Shown: positions 40,396 through 58,030, numbered from the stretch's first letter. The stretch is 64,000 nucleotides of DNA from the human T2T-CHM13v2.0 reference genome, Homo sapiens (GCF_009914755.1 NC_060947.1), one strand, 5' to 3'. A program made the numbers and translations. Notes: generated by a model not told the origin, from the sequence alone.

Positions 40396-40490
40396 TATTA
40401 GGTTGTTGCAAAAGTAATTGCAGTTTTTTCCATTAAAAGTAATGGCAAAACAAACAAACAAACAAAAAACACCGCAATTACTTTTGCACC
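40396..40490. mobile_element. MADE1 mariner-derived MITE with (CAAA)n insertion
   Basis: ttaggttgttgcaaaagtaattgcagtttt..ccattaaaagtaatgg..accgcaattacttttgcacc; right terminus truncated. Confidence 0.9.
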
Positions 40491-42132
40491 CATCCAGAAA
40501 CCTAGGGGAAGTCTGTGAGTTCTGAGGTGATATAAGGAGGAAAGGGCTGTGGGGCCTCCACATTTTCTCAGGAGTAACCCCAAACACTCACTCATTTGAG
40601 AGCAAAGGTACTTAGGAAATGTGGGAGTTAACTTTCATTCAAAAACGGCTCCGTTCATTTCAATCAACCTGAAGGGTGAACCAAAGCTTGGAAAAAATAG
40701 CTGTTCCATCCCAGCTGATCCGCCAGCCCCAGGTGTTTTGACTCGGATTGCAGCTGGGATTTGTTTTCCTGTGAAGAGGCTGTAGCAACTGCTTTTATCA
40801 TCTACTCTAAGTACAAATAACAGCAGGAAATCAGGCAGCGCAAGCAAAATTAAGCTCTGTGACAAATGATTTGGTTTCTTTTCGTTAACAATCATGATTT
40901 GACCTGAACTGCCTCAATTAAGGGACTGGGGGGAGGTGCCCTTGGTTTATTCTATTATATGCAAGAGAGAGAAAGAGAGACGAAGTGAGACAAAGAAGTA
41001 GAGTTGAGAGAGAGAGAGAGAGATGAAACAGAAAATATGACAGGATGTTAATTCAGTGTGGCATATGTAAGTATGATTTAAACTAAGTAGATGGGGTACT
41101 GCGTGATTTTAGTCTTTCCACCCCCCATTCCTCACTCTAATATTCCAAGAAAGATCACAAACAGTGTATTTATGAGAGCTCATTATGCCAATGTGTCCAT
41201 TTGATGAATGGTGTCACTGATTAATGAGGACTTGAAACAACTGGATTCTGACTCAAAAGAAGTACGCAGCTTTTAAGAACAAAAAAGATCAAATAATGGG
41301 CAATCCTCCTGCCTTAAATTCTCTATTCCATGTTTCAGCCTTTAAAAAATGTGTCTTTTTACATCATTGGTATGTCCCTGCTCACAGACACATTGCTTAC
41401 AAGTAATAAAGCTTGTGAAACCAAGGTGGAGGGGCTCTTCTCAATTTTACCCTTTTAGTCTTGAAACATGAAATATCATTTTCTTAGGCTGCCCACGGGA
41501 CTGAGATGAGCTGCACAAGTTACAACTTGTAGGAATTAAACACAGAATGTGGAAGAAGATAATTATGTACCCTCATCTCGTTCACCGAGCCACTGAGGCA
41601 CTTGGTAGGGCAATATTATGCTAGCTAGTGGTTATTTTTTGTTTTGTTTTGTTTTCAGGAAGCTTTTTTTTAACTTTGTATTTTGGAATAAGTTTAGACT
41701 TACAGAAAAGTTGTAAAAATTGTAGAGAATTTGTGAATACCTTTCACCCAGCTTTGCCTAACATTAACATCTTGTATAAGCATTAAATCATTATCAAAAC
41801 CAGAAAATTAAAATTAGTTCAGTACTACCAACTGAACTACGGAACTTATTTGGATTTTAACAGTTTTTCTGCTAATTTCCAAGATCTACTCCTCCTTAGG
41901 CACCTTCAATCTGTGACAGCTCCTCTATCTTCCCTTGGCTTTTCTGACCTTGAGACTTTCGAAAAGCACTGGTTAGTTATCTTGCAGAATGTTCCTCAAT
42001 TTGGGTTTGTCTGGTATTTTCTCATATTAGATCGAGGTTATGGATGTTTGGCGAGAATACCATAGAGGCAATACTATGCCCTTCTCAGGGCATCATATCA
42101 GAATATCCATGAGGATGACATGCCTGATTATT

Positions 42133-45933
<3,801 letters not shown>

Positions 45934-48900
45934 TCAGGTGTATCTGCAGAGCTGTTCCACAGTAAAGTTACTGTTCTTTCCTTTGTAATTAAAAAATACC
46001 TTGAGGGTGATAACCTGCTTCTCCTCAAATATTCACCCACTAACTTTCGCCCCCATCAGTAGACTGTGCCTTGCAGGCAGCTTTTAAAGAACCCCACCAG
46101 TAGTTGTCCAAAGAGCCTTTAGAAAGAAGACTCTGGAAGGTCGAACACACTCTGGGAATATCAATTAAACAGTTGTATACAGGAGGCAATTCTCTCACTG
46201 AACAAATGCAAGCACCAGGCCTTAAGACAGCAGGAATTTGTGTTGTTCTATTTCCTGGCTTGGGATTGGTTGAAGAAGAAGCCTCTAAACCTTTAGAAAA
46301 CATGGAGAGGCTTAGCTTTTACTGGAGAAAATATACTCGTTCATTTCTCTCCAAACAAGAAATAAAATAACCCATTAAATTTTCCCATATGACTTTGACC
46401 TTATCCACACCCCAAATAACTTCCCAATTGGCTTATGTCCTTTGGTTTGCAGGTGACAACCATCCTCACCTCCATTATCACCGCCACCCCCATGTGAGAA
46501 AACCTGAATAGTCTTTTCTGTTATCCTTCTAGGACTTAGAGCAGTTCCAAGTACCTTTTTTTCATTTTTTTAAAGAATTCACCAATGTCATTGATGAACT
46601 CACTATCACCTATCCCATGAAGAAGAAATAACTAGCTGCCTTGAATGGCTCTTGGCTTTTTCCAGGCATACTAAAGGAACCTCAGCCCCAGAGATGTCCC
46701 TGCAAACTATTTCTTAATTGGGAAACAAATTCCTTTGTTAAAATAAACTTATAGAATTAAATCACTGCCAGAATGAAAACGAAGTTCTGACAAGCCCCTG
46801 CCTTTGATTGAAAAATTCTCTTCAAATGGAGAGAACACAATTTTGTTGTGTTCCTAGAGGCAGAAATATAGAAGAATTAGACTGGAGTCTACTTAGACCA
46901 AGGTCTTCCTCTTTTCACCTGTCATTGAATATGTTTCTGATTTTGGGGACTATTCTGGGTGGTGGCTGTATCCTATACTGTGCAACCTCACATGCAGAGC
47001 TGCCCCTTCCAAAACTCCTTCCTAGATGATCCAAGTCACAAATTTCACTCCTCCAACCCCAGAGGCAAAGGTAGTTCAGCGACAGGAGACTGTTCTAGAA
47101 TAGCTGAGATACTCTCATTCACCTTCAGACGTAGGACTTCCAGTGAACAGCAGTAAACATTTCAGAGCGGATGCTCACCCAAGGGCACCTCCTACAATAT
47201 GTACTCTTCTTGCAAAGTAAAGATAATGCTGCTGGCCTTTAAGATGTGCCCCAAGTTGCCTTAGGAATAGTGATAGGGAAAGGCCCTCACCCAGCCTCTC
47301 AGCTAGCCCCACTTGTAACTATCAGTGCTCACTTGAGATGTGACTGGCTGGACTGGCCTGAGTAGGACTAACTAACAGCAAAGAACATTGTTTCTGCAGG
47401 CCGATTCGGAAAGCAAGGCTTTGACTGCCTACCACCAACCAAGTGAGTTTATTGTCCCAAACCGTTTGTCAAACTCCAACATCAGTACTTTATATGCCCG
47501 AAGGGAAGCATTGTGAATTACTATTTCCCTTGTGAGTTGTTTTTGAAAGAACTTGAATCCCCAGAAGGTGTTGACCACCTCAGTTCATTTGTTTTGAAAG
47601 TCAGCAGTTGAAGACCGTAGGCACACTGGGGAATGGAGAGTGCAGACTTTGTAGAGGAAAAAGGGAAAGGGGTAGGGGAGGGTAAATCACAATCACTGGC
47701 ACCTGATCTGTGCCAGTTAATTTCACACATGGAAATGTTGAATCTTCACAGCAACTCTACAAGTTAAATCCAGTACTACCAGTTCATTTCAGAAATGAAA
47801 ACTGAGATCAAGATAGGTAGAGAAACCTGGAATAAACCAGTTTCCAGCACAGGTTGGTTTAACTCCAAAGCTTATTCCTTTTCGATTGCCACATTCTGCC
47901 TTTCTGGAGCCCCTTCCACTTTGCCCACGACTTCAACAGCAGTAGACTGGGAGCAAGTTTGACAAACGTCCTTTCTGTACATGCTGACCCTGTTGGGGGT
48001 GTCTTTCTAGACATGGCTTCTAGAACCATGGCTCCAGTTGGAGGACGCACTGTTAGAAGTTACCTCTATCTGCTGTGGGCTCCTCTCTCCCTCTCCTTCA
48101 TGTGGAAGTACAAATGCATCTCCTGGCTGTATTCACGCATTCTCTGAATAGTAAAATGGATTGTCCAGCAGCCTTTCTGGGCCTTCTGTATGCCTCCTGA
48201 CAGCTCTAGGTGGAGACGAACTCTCTATGAATTGTTCTGAGAGCTGATATTAAAATCAACACCCAGAGAATTGCCCAGCATTGGCTGGGAACTCCGCAGA
48301 TCTAAACCACTTAAAACCCCATTGAAAAACTGAGAATTTGTGTTTTTCCTTCTCTCCTTTTTACTCCTAACTTTCCTCCTCTCGAGTGAATAAACAAAAT
48401 CTTTTATGTTCTCATCAAAACACACATCATTAACTGCTAATCAACTCAAGGCTCAGAAATCCCCAAGCAACCTCTCAGTTTTCAGAAATGCCTACAAGAA
48501 ATAAAGTACTGTTGATAGAGCCTTGGCTAATGGGACCAGGTTAGTCTCAGGGGGCTCCAGGTGCCAGGGACAGTGCCATAAAGTTAGGTCAACAAGTAAG
48601 CCTTCTGTTTGTGGGCCGTGAAAGACAGACAGAGCCCTCTGGTTCTTAGGTGTTAATACCTTTCACTCACCAGGGTCACGAGGGCTGGGAATGCCAAGAA
48701 AACAGGGTAAGGAGACCAGAGCCCCCCAGTCAAGGGCAAATGGGGGCCAGCGAGTCTGGGAAATGAGACACAGGTGGTCTGAAAAGGGCAAATGAAGTCC
48801 CTGGATTGAGCCAGAGGAAGCTGATTGACTGCCTGACTGCAGATATAGAACAGTTTCAGGTCCAGTTCTGGCCTAGTCAGGACTGGCTTCCCAAAACGGA

Positions 48901-49647
48901 GCACTGTGCTTTCCTTGCCATTAAAGAAGTCAGCAGACTTGGGGGCTATTATGTAGACAGTAGGAGGCCCTCACTATGGCTCTTTGGGCTGGGGCAGGTG
49001 GTGGGCTTATGAAAGAAGGTTCCATGAGATGGGCAAGGAGAATGGAGGGGAGAAACTGGGGCCATGCCAAGGCCATCCAACAGGTCTGAAATTATGTGGA
49101 GGGCAAGACAGGAGGGCCTGCCCAAACTGCCCATAGAATGCCAAAGGGTCCTGGCAATTCCATTTAATTTAATTCAACAGGTGTGATGGGATTATGCTAT
49201 GAAAAAGTGCAGGGGATATTAAAGTGGGAGACATGGTGTACCCTTAGCAGCCCTAGATTTATTATTCATATTTTTATCCTAATCATGGCCTCACAATCCA
49301 CAAAATGTGGAAAGGAGCCATGATGTGAGGGCTGAAATTGAATCATGGCAATTTGAGGCTGGTGTGGAGAGTGACGCATTTGTCTAGTAACTGAGTCTAG
49401 CTGGCCTTCAGGTACAGCAGCATCTCTGCTGTCTCTTACTGATGCCAAGAGGCAGTGTGGCGGAGTGGCTAAGAGCATGAACACTGGAATTACACTTCCT
49501 GGCTTTATAATCCCAGCTGTGTCTCTTGCTGCTACATAACAATGAGTGGGTTACTTACCCTCACAGCGCCTTTGTTTTCCCATCCTTTAAATGGGATAAA
49601 TAATGGTACCTACACTTGAGAGTTGTCATGAAGGTTAAATGAGTAAA

Positions 49648-49790
49648 TACAGGATGACCCAAAAGTGTTAGTGCTTTTTTTAAGCTTTAATAACTTCAGA
49701 AGTATAAATGCTACAAACTTACAAAAACCATCATTCAGAAGTTAAATTATTCGAATTTATTTTGCACTTCTTTAGTCTTGTGAGTTCATT
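49648..49790. mobile_element. Tc1/mariner-type DNA transposon fragment inside a MIR
   Basis: TA followed by caggatgacccaaaagt...aagctttaataacttcagaagtataaatgc; MIR-like sequence on both sides; family not certain. Confidence 0.5.
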
Positions 49791-51220
49791 TTGTGTATTA
49801 TGGAAAGCACATGGAATTGTGCTGGAAATATAGTAAATGTCTGTTGTTATCCTCACATGCATGCACCCTGGAAAGCTATACTTTACCCTCTTTTATGGGG
49901 AAAATGAAAGGTCTGGGGCTCCCTCCTTGGCCAATGTTAAGGATTTGCTCTATTTCTACCAAAGTTAGGATTCCATTTATTGGGAATGAATTTGCACAAG
50001 GGATATTTCTGCAGCTCTACAAGGCAGCATCTGTGGTTGAGAGTCACACTATTCAGAGAAGGGGCAGATGGGTTGATCCTGAACAAAACTTTCTCAGGAC
50101 TAAGAGAGTTCTAAGACCTATCATTTAAAGCCCTAGAAGAAAGGTCTTAGGCAAAATGTAATTTTACAAAATCTTTTTCTACCAGCTTCTAACATCTACA
50201 AGTGGTATGATTTGAGTGGCATCAAAACATATGCCCCCCAACAGACACCAAAAAGTATAGCCCCACTAGCCTGTCGCAATGCCTGAAATTTCACCATTAA
50301 AGGCTCAGTCTCAGATGCAGACACCCCAGGGAGCGTTAAGTGCTTTTAGTCATCAACACGAGTGTGACTTTGTTTAATCAGCTGCTTTACCCTAACAGCT
50401 AGCTGAGTAGCTTGGAGGGAAAGAAATGTGATTCTAATTGTAGCAAAGGAAGAGTGAATTTGCAAACCTGGGGCACTGCACAGTGTTGCTCCAAGGAGCA
50501 CTCTTGGAAGATTGGGCACCTGTTAGACAAGAGGAGACAGACATTCTGCAGAAGAAGGAAGACCTAGACAGGGAAGAGCTAAAGCCTTGAAACCATACAA
50601 GCTGTCTTCCTTTATACCCCGCATAAATTGCAGCAAAAATGCTGAGCATTATAGTCAATGCTTCATGAATGATGAAATTATTAATGACAATATTCTTCTA
50701 TAAGGGATTTTTTCAAAAGAGTTACAACCGGACAGAAATGTTAAATTTTACCATTGAGTGTTCCTAAATTCTCGTTTGCTTTTCTGTTTGCATCCCAAAA
50801 GGATTACTAGTCCCCCACCATAAACTTGCAAAGTAATTTATATTCTTCACAATTAGGTTCCCTTAAGAAGAATCACTCAGTAAAGTAATTAAAAATGAAA
50901 ACCTTAACTCCTCATCTTGAAAATGCAGTAGTAACATTTCCTGGATAGGATATAACATTTCAAGCTTCTTTTTAATTTTGTCTTATGCGTAAGATGGTGC
51001 TTTAGTGGTAGACGTTAATTGCACTAAAATGGTAATACAAAACCACCAGCAACTTGTGGCCATATATCTTATACTTGCTCAGATCAATGCTGTGATTATA
51101 ATTAAGAATGTATGCTTGTGTCTGGGATAAATCTTCATATTGTGACATGTAAAATAAGATTTAAGGTAATTATTTTCTTTCTAGTCTACCCCTAAATCAA
51201 AGAAGAATGTGTGGAGAGAC

Positions 51221-51223
51221 TTT

Positions 51224-51266
<43 letters not shown>

Positions 51267-51271
51267 TTTTT
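51221..51271. repeat. (ATTT)11 tetranucleotide microsatellite
   Basis: TTTTT(ATTT)11TT counted from sequence. Confidence 0.97.
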
Positions 51272-51617
51272 GGAAACTAAGGATATAGTGACCTGCCCTT
51301 AGCCAGAAGTCACTTATCTGGGGCATGTAAACTTGTGGAGGACTGCCAAAAATGTAGAACTGGTGTGGCCAAAATGTACCTATTAAATTGCATGTTTAAG
51401 AAAGAGGTTTAAAAAGTGCTTAGGTGCCTGACACTAGGAATTGTGTTCATGAGCACCCCCAAATGTGAGTGTGCAATTAGGTGGAGAGTCCTGGAAGCAT
51501 TGTGAGACTGGCAGAAATGACCGTCGTGGCCGGTAGGGAGTTGATGTTAGAATCGAAGGTTCTGGCATTGCTTACATTTGTTGCCCCTGGGGCTGAGATT
51601 AGAATGGGGGTTGACAA

Positions 51618-51924
51618 GGCCGGGCGCAGTGGGTCACGCCTGTAATCCCAGCACTTTGGGAGGCTGAGGCGGGCGGATCACGAGGTTAGGAGATCGAGAC
51701 CATCCTGGCTAACATGGTGAAATCCCGTCTCTACTAAAAATACAAAAAATTAGCTGGGCGTGGTGGTGGGCAACTGTAGTCCCAGCTGCTTGGGAGGCTG
51801 AGGCAGGAGAACGGCGTGAACCTGAGAGACAGAGCTTGCAGTGAGCCGAGATTGCGCCACTGCGCTCCAGCCTGGGCGACAGAGCGAGACTCCATCTCAA
51901 AAAAAAAAAAAAAAAAAAAAAAAA
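51618..51924 (+). mobile_element. AluY
   Basis: Y-diagnostic gagatcgagaccatcctggctaac and ggcgtgaacc..gagcttgcagtgagccgag; pure A tail; 16-bp TSD agaatgggggttgaca at 51601-51616 and 51925-51940. Confidence 0.97.
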
Positions 51925-54900
51925 AGAATGGGGGTTGACAGAAGAAACCTAGAAGGTAGAATTTCTGCTCCTTACCTGAAGAGTCCCTGAAGGAGCAGGA
52001 CTATGTCTTTTCTCACTGCATCTCCAGGGTCTAGCTAGCACCTGGTGGGTACTCCACAGATATTTGTTGACCAACTGAATGTTTCACTCCCTGCACTTGG
52101 GTTCCAAGGCTGAAAGATTTGGGAGATGGGACAGGTACTCCTCTACCAAAGAAGCCTCTAATATCTGGAAACATGACTAGGAAATGGGGTGGGAGGGGTG
52201 CATGTCTCTCTCCCATATCTTGAATATCTTCTGAGATATTCAAGTCACAAAAATGAAAAAGGAAAATGGAGTGTTTTCTACCCTCCAAAAATGAGAGAAG
52301 GAGGAAGAAACTGGAGGTGTCCAGTTAAACTGGGGTGAGAGGGGGTGGCTCTAGGAGGGATGGGGTAGGGGGAGATTTTAAAGAATGATAATTAAGAATG
52401 TATGCTTGTGTCTGGGATAAATCTTCATATTGTGACATGTAAAGTAAGATTTAAGGTAATTATTTCATTTCTAGTCTACCCGTAAATCAAAGGAGAATGT
52501 GTGGAGAGACTTTTTTTGGAAACTAAGGATATAGTGACCTACCCTTAGCTGGAAGTCACTTATCTGGCCCATGTAAACTTTAGGGTCAGTTCCCTGGCCT
52601 TTAAAGCATAAAGGGGATAATGTCAGAGGCTGAGGTTGTGCAATGCAATTGTGTGGTCTGCAAAAAAGCCAAAAGAGATACGTTTTTGTGCAGGTCCAAG
52701 ATGGTGAGAGAGAACTGGAGGAATTAGGCAAAGCTCATTTGGAATTTGGAGTCTGTACAGTGAGGTCTGACCACCACACTGAACGTCTGAATTCTTGGTG
52801 AAGGCTCTGCTTTGCCTCTTCCCCGTGTGGTTTGGATTATGAAGGGTTGGATCTTTATTTCCTGCTTTCTTTTTAGGGGAAATTAATGAGCAAAGGAAGA
52901 TGTGCACATGGGCAAGCCTCCCCAGGCTGCTCAGTGAACACAGAATGGTGACATCTTATTTTAGGATTTTTATTGTATATACGTTAATTAGCTTGATTAT
53001 GGTGATTATTTCACAATGTACACATCTATCAAATCATCAAGATGTACACCTTAAATAAATGCGTCTTACTCTGGCTTTTCCAAAGGGTTGAGAGCAAGCT
53101 TTTTCACTTGCTTTGTTCCATGCTTTTGGAAAGTGAGGAACCCAAACAGGAAGCCATACCCCACTGGGAATGGCATTCTTGCCAGTCCTCTGCTCTCTCT
53201 CCAGAACTATGACTGGGTTGTATGCCATTTGAAACCCAGCAGGTGCAGTTTTTAAAATCCTCTACCCACTCATCATCAGACTTGGAGTTTAAAAACCAAC
53301 CTAATTCCTCTGCTTTTAACCCTCCTTTCCACAGAAGTTTCCAGAAAAGCTTAGCCAGGGAACTAAAAGTGGTGAATGTCCACAAGGTTTCCAAACAACA
53401 GCAACAATAAATTTAATTTAAAAAAAAAAAAAGCTCACCCAAAGATTTTAAAGTTTAATTCTGCCAGTGTTTTCCCTAGCTTGAGGCAAAAATGACTTTT
53501 TTATTACTTGGGGGGAAAGGAGCATGAAATCTCTCAAGCCTTTGCCAAAGCTGAAACTCTCTGAGCATGCTTTGAGAAGGAGCAAGGCGTTGAGCGAGCC
53601 ATGGAAAGCATGCTGTCTAATTGGAAGTGCATGGGTCTCCTTGGCTCCATCTTTCCAATATTCACCAAGATCTCCCCTGCTTGGTCCCCTTTCACTCCTA
53701 GGGGAGAGACCTCTGGCGTCAGCAGAGGTTCTTTTGTGGAGAATGCACAATGAAGAGAGCAGGCTCACCATAGCTGACCAGAAGAGCTCTGACAAAGCAA
53801 GCCTTCTGTTTCTTTCCTTGAAATTCCTTCACAACAACTTCTTGTGGATTTTTAGATTATAAGAACTTCTATTTAGGAAACAGACATGTTCCAAACAGAA
53901 AAATATTTGGGTTTGGGCTATGGGACCAAGACCATTTGACTTCAAACCCTGGGTCTGACACTTTAACGTAATTAGGTCTGCTTACTGTAACTTCTTGATC
54001 TATAGGATGGAGCTAAGAAGGCCTAGGCTGCAGAGGGGTTGGAAGATTAGAGGGGACGTACATGAAGTATTGGCTGATCAAATACTGCCTTCCTGTTAAC
54101 TTCAATGATAAATTCAGATATTGTGCCATAAGAAGGGTCCCCTCCTTCATGAATTGAATCATTTGATGATAACAAAGTCATTCAGATAAGACTCAGCCCC
54201 TCCAAATTTCAGGGAGACTTGAACTTTTTGAAATTTCAAGAGTTCAACTAACCAAGACCTACTTAACTCCTGACTTTATACATTCCGTAAGTACAAATTG
54301 TCACATATTGCCTGTCCTTAATAACACATAACATACTTGTTTGGTAGCCAAATTCCTCAACTTCCACAGGAGATAGGTCAAAAGCTGGGAGTCAGTATAG
54401 AAAGATCCATGGGATATTGGTTCAACACATATTGGCCATACAATCTGGGATGTTAAGTCCCTGTCAGGTAGCGAGCAAAATAACCCAATTTTTCCATTTA
54501 TTTTTCATGTAATTACAACTGGTAGAGCAGGAAACTTCCCAGGCATCTCCTTCGTGCACTATGTTGACAAGCACTTTGGGGTGGATTAAGGTCTGTGACC
54601 CAACAAAGAGACAGGCACCTATTGAAGTAGAAACACCACTCGCCCCTGTACTTGCTCTCAGACACTGAATATTGATGTTACACTGTTGATGTTCACTTTC
54701 CCTCAGAGGGTCCTTATCATTTTAAACAATCACATTAATATGACTTGCAGGCAAATTAAGGTGCATTGAATTAGATAAATAAATAATAAATTTGGAGAAA
54801 AATGAGCAGGAATGATGTCCATTATTAATGTCCATTTGAAGCATGCAAAGAGATGTTTGCTGCTGGGTCCTTTAAAAAGTAACATCCTTTTCTCCTATAA

Positions 54901-55762
54901 TGAGATTTGGCTTTCTCAGCAGTGAGACTCTTAGAAGGGAATGGGCAATGCTGGGCTGTGAGGCAGAGTTAACAATTGGACACACAGAGGTTAAGAGCAT
55001 AGATCTTTTAGAAACATAAATATTAATCCATCTACTCTAATTGACTTTGAGCAAATTTCATACACCTCAGTTTTATCATCTGCAAAATGGGACTAATAGG
55101 CACTTCCTTCCTGCAGTGGTTGTGAAGATGACCTGGGATAATGCATGCAATTTGGCACATAGTGGGCACTCAATATTACATTTGTTATTATCATGTGACT
55201 TTTGGGAAAACAGGAAAGGCTTGGAAAACTCATCGTTTTGACACCTATGGTGGGGCCCTAGATGACCATAGGAATTAGTTGGTCAGTATATCAAGTTCTG
55301 AGACATCTGGGACATCACCTGAGACTGTAAGGAGCAGTCAGTGGCCTGGACTAGGTGGGCATAGTCCTGAAACTGACATGTCAGAGGGATTTGGCAAAGT
55401 CTGAGTATTCCTCGCCCCAATTTATATGGCCTGAGAAATTCAGGTGATCCAGGACCAGCTCCAGCTACACATTTAGCAGAAAATATTGCTGGTTTGAAAA
55501 GGAATTGAGATTCCTCAATGGAAAATGTTCTATTAGCTACTGTGAGGGACAAGATCCAATAATAATACCACCACCTTCTATTTGTGTAATCGTTTACAAA
55601 GTATTTTTGCAAATGTTACCGCATTTAATCCTTTCATCTGTAAAATGGGGCCAAGAATGCTTATCTTATTACCCCCATTGACAGAGAAGGTTATAGAGAA
55701 GATGAGAGGTTAAGTGACTTGCCCAAGGGTAAATAGCAGGTAAGACAAAAGTCAAAGTTATT

Positions 55763-56155
55763 GATGGGACAGAGTATTTATGACTACTGTAACAGACATC
55801 AAAATCTCAGTGACTTAACACATAGGAGACATTTATTTCTTGGTTCTGGAATAATCCAATACGTGGGTCCCTATTCATTGGGGGGAAATTGGGGGTCCAC
55901 ATGGTGACTCACAAAGACAGGTACATGGCATCTTGTGGCTCCATCATTAACACGTGGTTTGTCTGCATGAAGCAAAAGTGGCAGGACACATGTGGCAGGT
56001 TTCTGTGAGGCAGGCCTAGAAGCGATAGATATTTGTGCTTAGATTCTGTTGGCCAGAACTCAGTGACATGGCCACACCTAGCCACAAGAGAGCCTGGAAA
56101 ATGGTGTCTAGCTGTGTGCCCAAGAATAGAACACAGGAGTGGGGAATATTAGCCA
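55763..56155 (-). mobile_element. MLT1 (K/L-like) LTR
   Basis: aaaatctcagtgacttaacaca...ctgttggccagaactcagtgacatggccacacctagc. Confidence 0.65.
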
Positions 56156-57374
56156 ATCTCACCCACATCACCCGAATCCAAGTCCACCGTGATTTCTATT
56201 ATACTATGTTCACACTGCAACGGATTTTTAATGAATTAACAGATGTACATGGCACAATCAAAGCCCATGACCCCTTACAGACCTTAATATGGAAAGGGAT
56301 TGAAAACCATTGAAAGTTGTAAGAATGCAGGCTTAAAAGGTTGATAGCAGGTTGAAGACACCATAATGGCATGTACTATTGTGGAAAAAGTACTTCTTAG
56401 CTCTTGGGGAGGCTCAGGGACACACCTATATATGATGACAGCCACTTTGAGCCAACGGTCTGAAGCAGGAGTCACAACATTACCAAGTGGATTCTGCCTT
56501 ATCACCACCTAAACTAGGACAAAATGTGAAGTGATGCCATTAAGCAAGAAGAAAATGTTGGCTCTGGCTTTTGGGTCCAAATCTCAGGTTCTAATAAATG
56601 CTCCTTGAGGTCAAGGACTAGGCCTTTAATCCCCGAAACCCCCGTACTTAGCACAGCGCCTGATATAAAGTAGTTTCTCAATAGCATTTTGCTGGATGAA
56701 AGAAGAAAGGAAGAGATACATATTTAAGCTTATTTTGTCTCCACATCTCATTTTCTGAGGCTTAGCACTTCACATTTGAATCACTGAAAGTGCTTGAATT
56801 CTCACTAATGTTAGGGAGAGGGTAGCATCCATGTCCATTTAATGAATAATTGAGAATTAGCAACAATCCAAGTCAACGATGCTATATCACAAAGTGAACT
56901 TGACATGTTTTGATAGGTGCAGCTTAATGTGAACTATTTATTATATTTTGTGATGTGTTTTGCAAAAGTAATAAAGATTTAGTAACGTGAGCCACCTCCA
57001 GCTTTCTGCTGGTAAATGTCATTCCAAGTCTTCACACTCCTTCCATTGCTGACTTTCAGATGCTTTACTGAGGGACAGCAGTGTGGTGAGGCAAAAGGAA
57101 AATACTGGAGCACAAAGGCTCTCCATGGACAGACTGGCAACATGGGAAGGAACCAACCCACCAGGAGGACTGTTTGTTTTGTTGACTTCTCCAAATTAGC
57201 TCCCTTTGAAGTGATTTTCATAATCTGTGTTCCCAAGGGGGTGGGGGAAAAATTCCACTAACATGGGTCTCCTTGGAACCCATGCTTGATATTTAGCTGC
57301 AGGAGAATTTTTTAATAATGACTATACTATTTGAAAGCCACATTCTTAATTAACAAGAATAAAAATTAAAATCC

Positions 57375-58030
57375 AAGTAAAGTTCCGGCCCACAATGCAT
57401 AACCTGAATCCAATCTTAAGGAAGTATTAGACAAACCCAAAACAAGGAACATTCTATGAAATAATGAGACTATACTCTTCAAGATAAATCAATGTCATGA
57501 AAAACAAAGACAGACCGAGGAGCTGTTCCAGAGTAAAGAGGACTAAAAACATTACAACTGAATGCAATGCTTTATCCTAGGTTGGGACATGGATAGTTTT
57601 TTCATTGCTCTAAAGGATAGTATTGAAACAATCAGCAAAATTTCAATATGGATGTGCTACTAGTTAATGGTAGTGTATCAATGCTCAATTTCCAGAATTG
57701 GATAATTGCACTGTGGGTTTGTAAAAGTATGCCATTACATACTGAAATATTTAGAGGTAAAAAGTCATGATGTCTGCAAGTTAACCTCAAATGGTTCTGT
57801 AAATAATAATAATAATAATACACAACAATGTGCATACACATAGAGTGAGATTCAGGAGTCTGTTAGACTAACCAATACCCTGTCTCACTTATTACTTTGA
57901 CTCATAATTGTCTTATCTTCTGAAAAATGTTAATAGGTACATCTAGGTGAAAGCTTATGGAAGTTCATGATACTGTTCCTGCCATTTTTCTATGAGTTTG
58001 AAATTTTATTTTCAAAAATAAGGATTAAAA
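57375..58030 (+). mobile_element. L1MC/ME-like 3' fragment
   Basis: agacaaacccaaa...aggaacattcta...catgatgtctgcaa...gtttgaaatttt. Confidence 0.7.

Larger units (their letters stand above)
51098..52580 (+). repeat. Dispersed direct duplication: 51098-51334 and 52388-52580
   Basis: ataattaagaatgtatgcttgtg...atgtaaactt twice; 10 substitutions in 193 aligned bp plus a 44-bp microsatellite difference. Confidence 0.97.

Noticed and set aside
51098-52580. Direct repeats as LTRs of an unknown retroelement
   Set aside because: No TG...CA termini, TSD, PBS or coding interior; interior holds an AluY and an L2-like fragment
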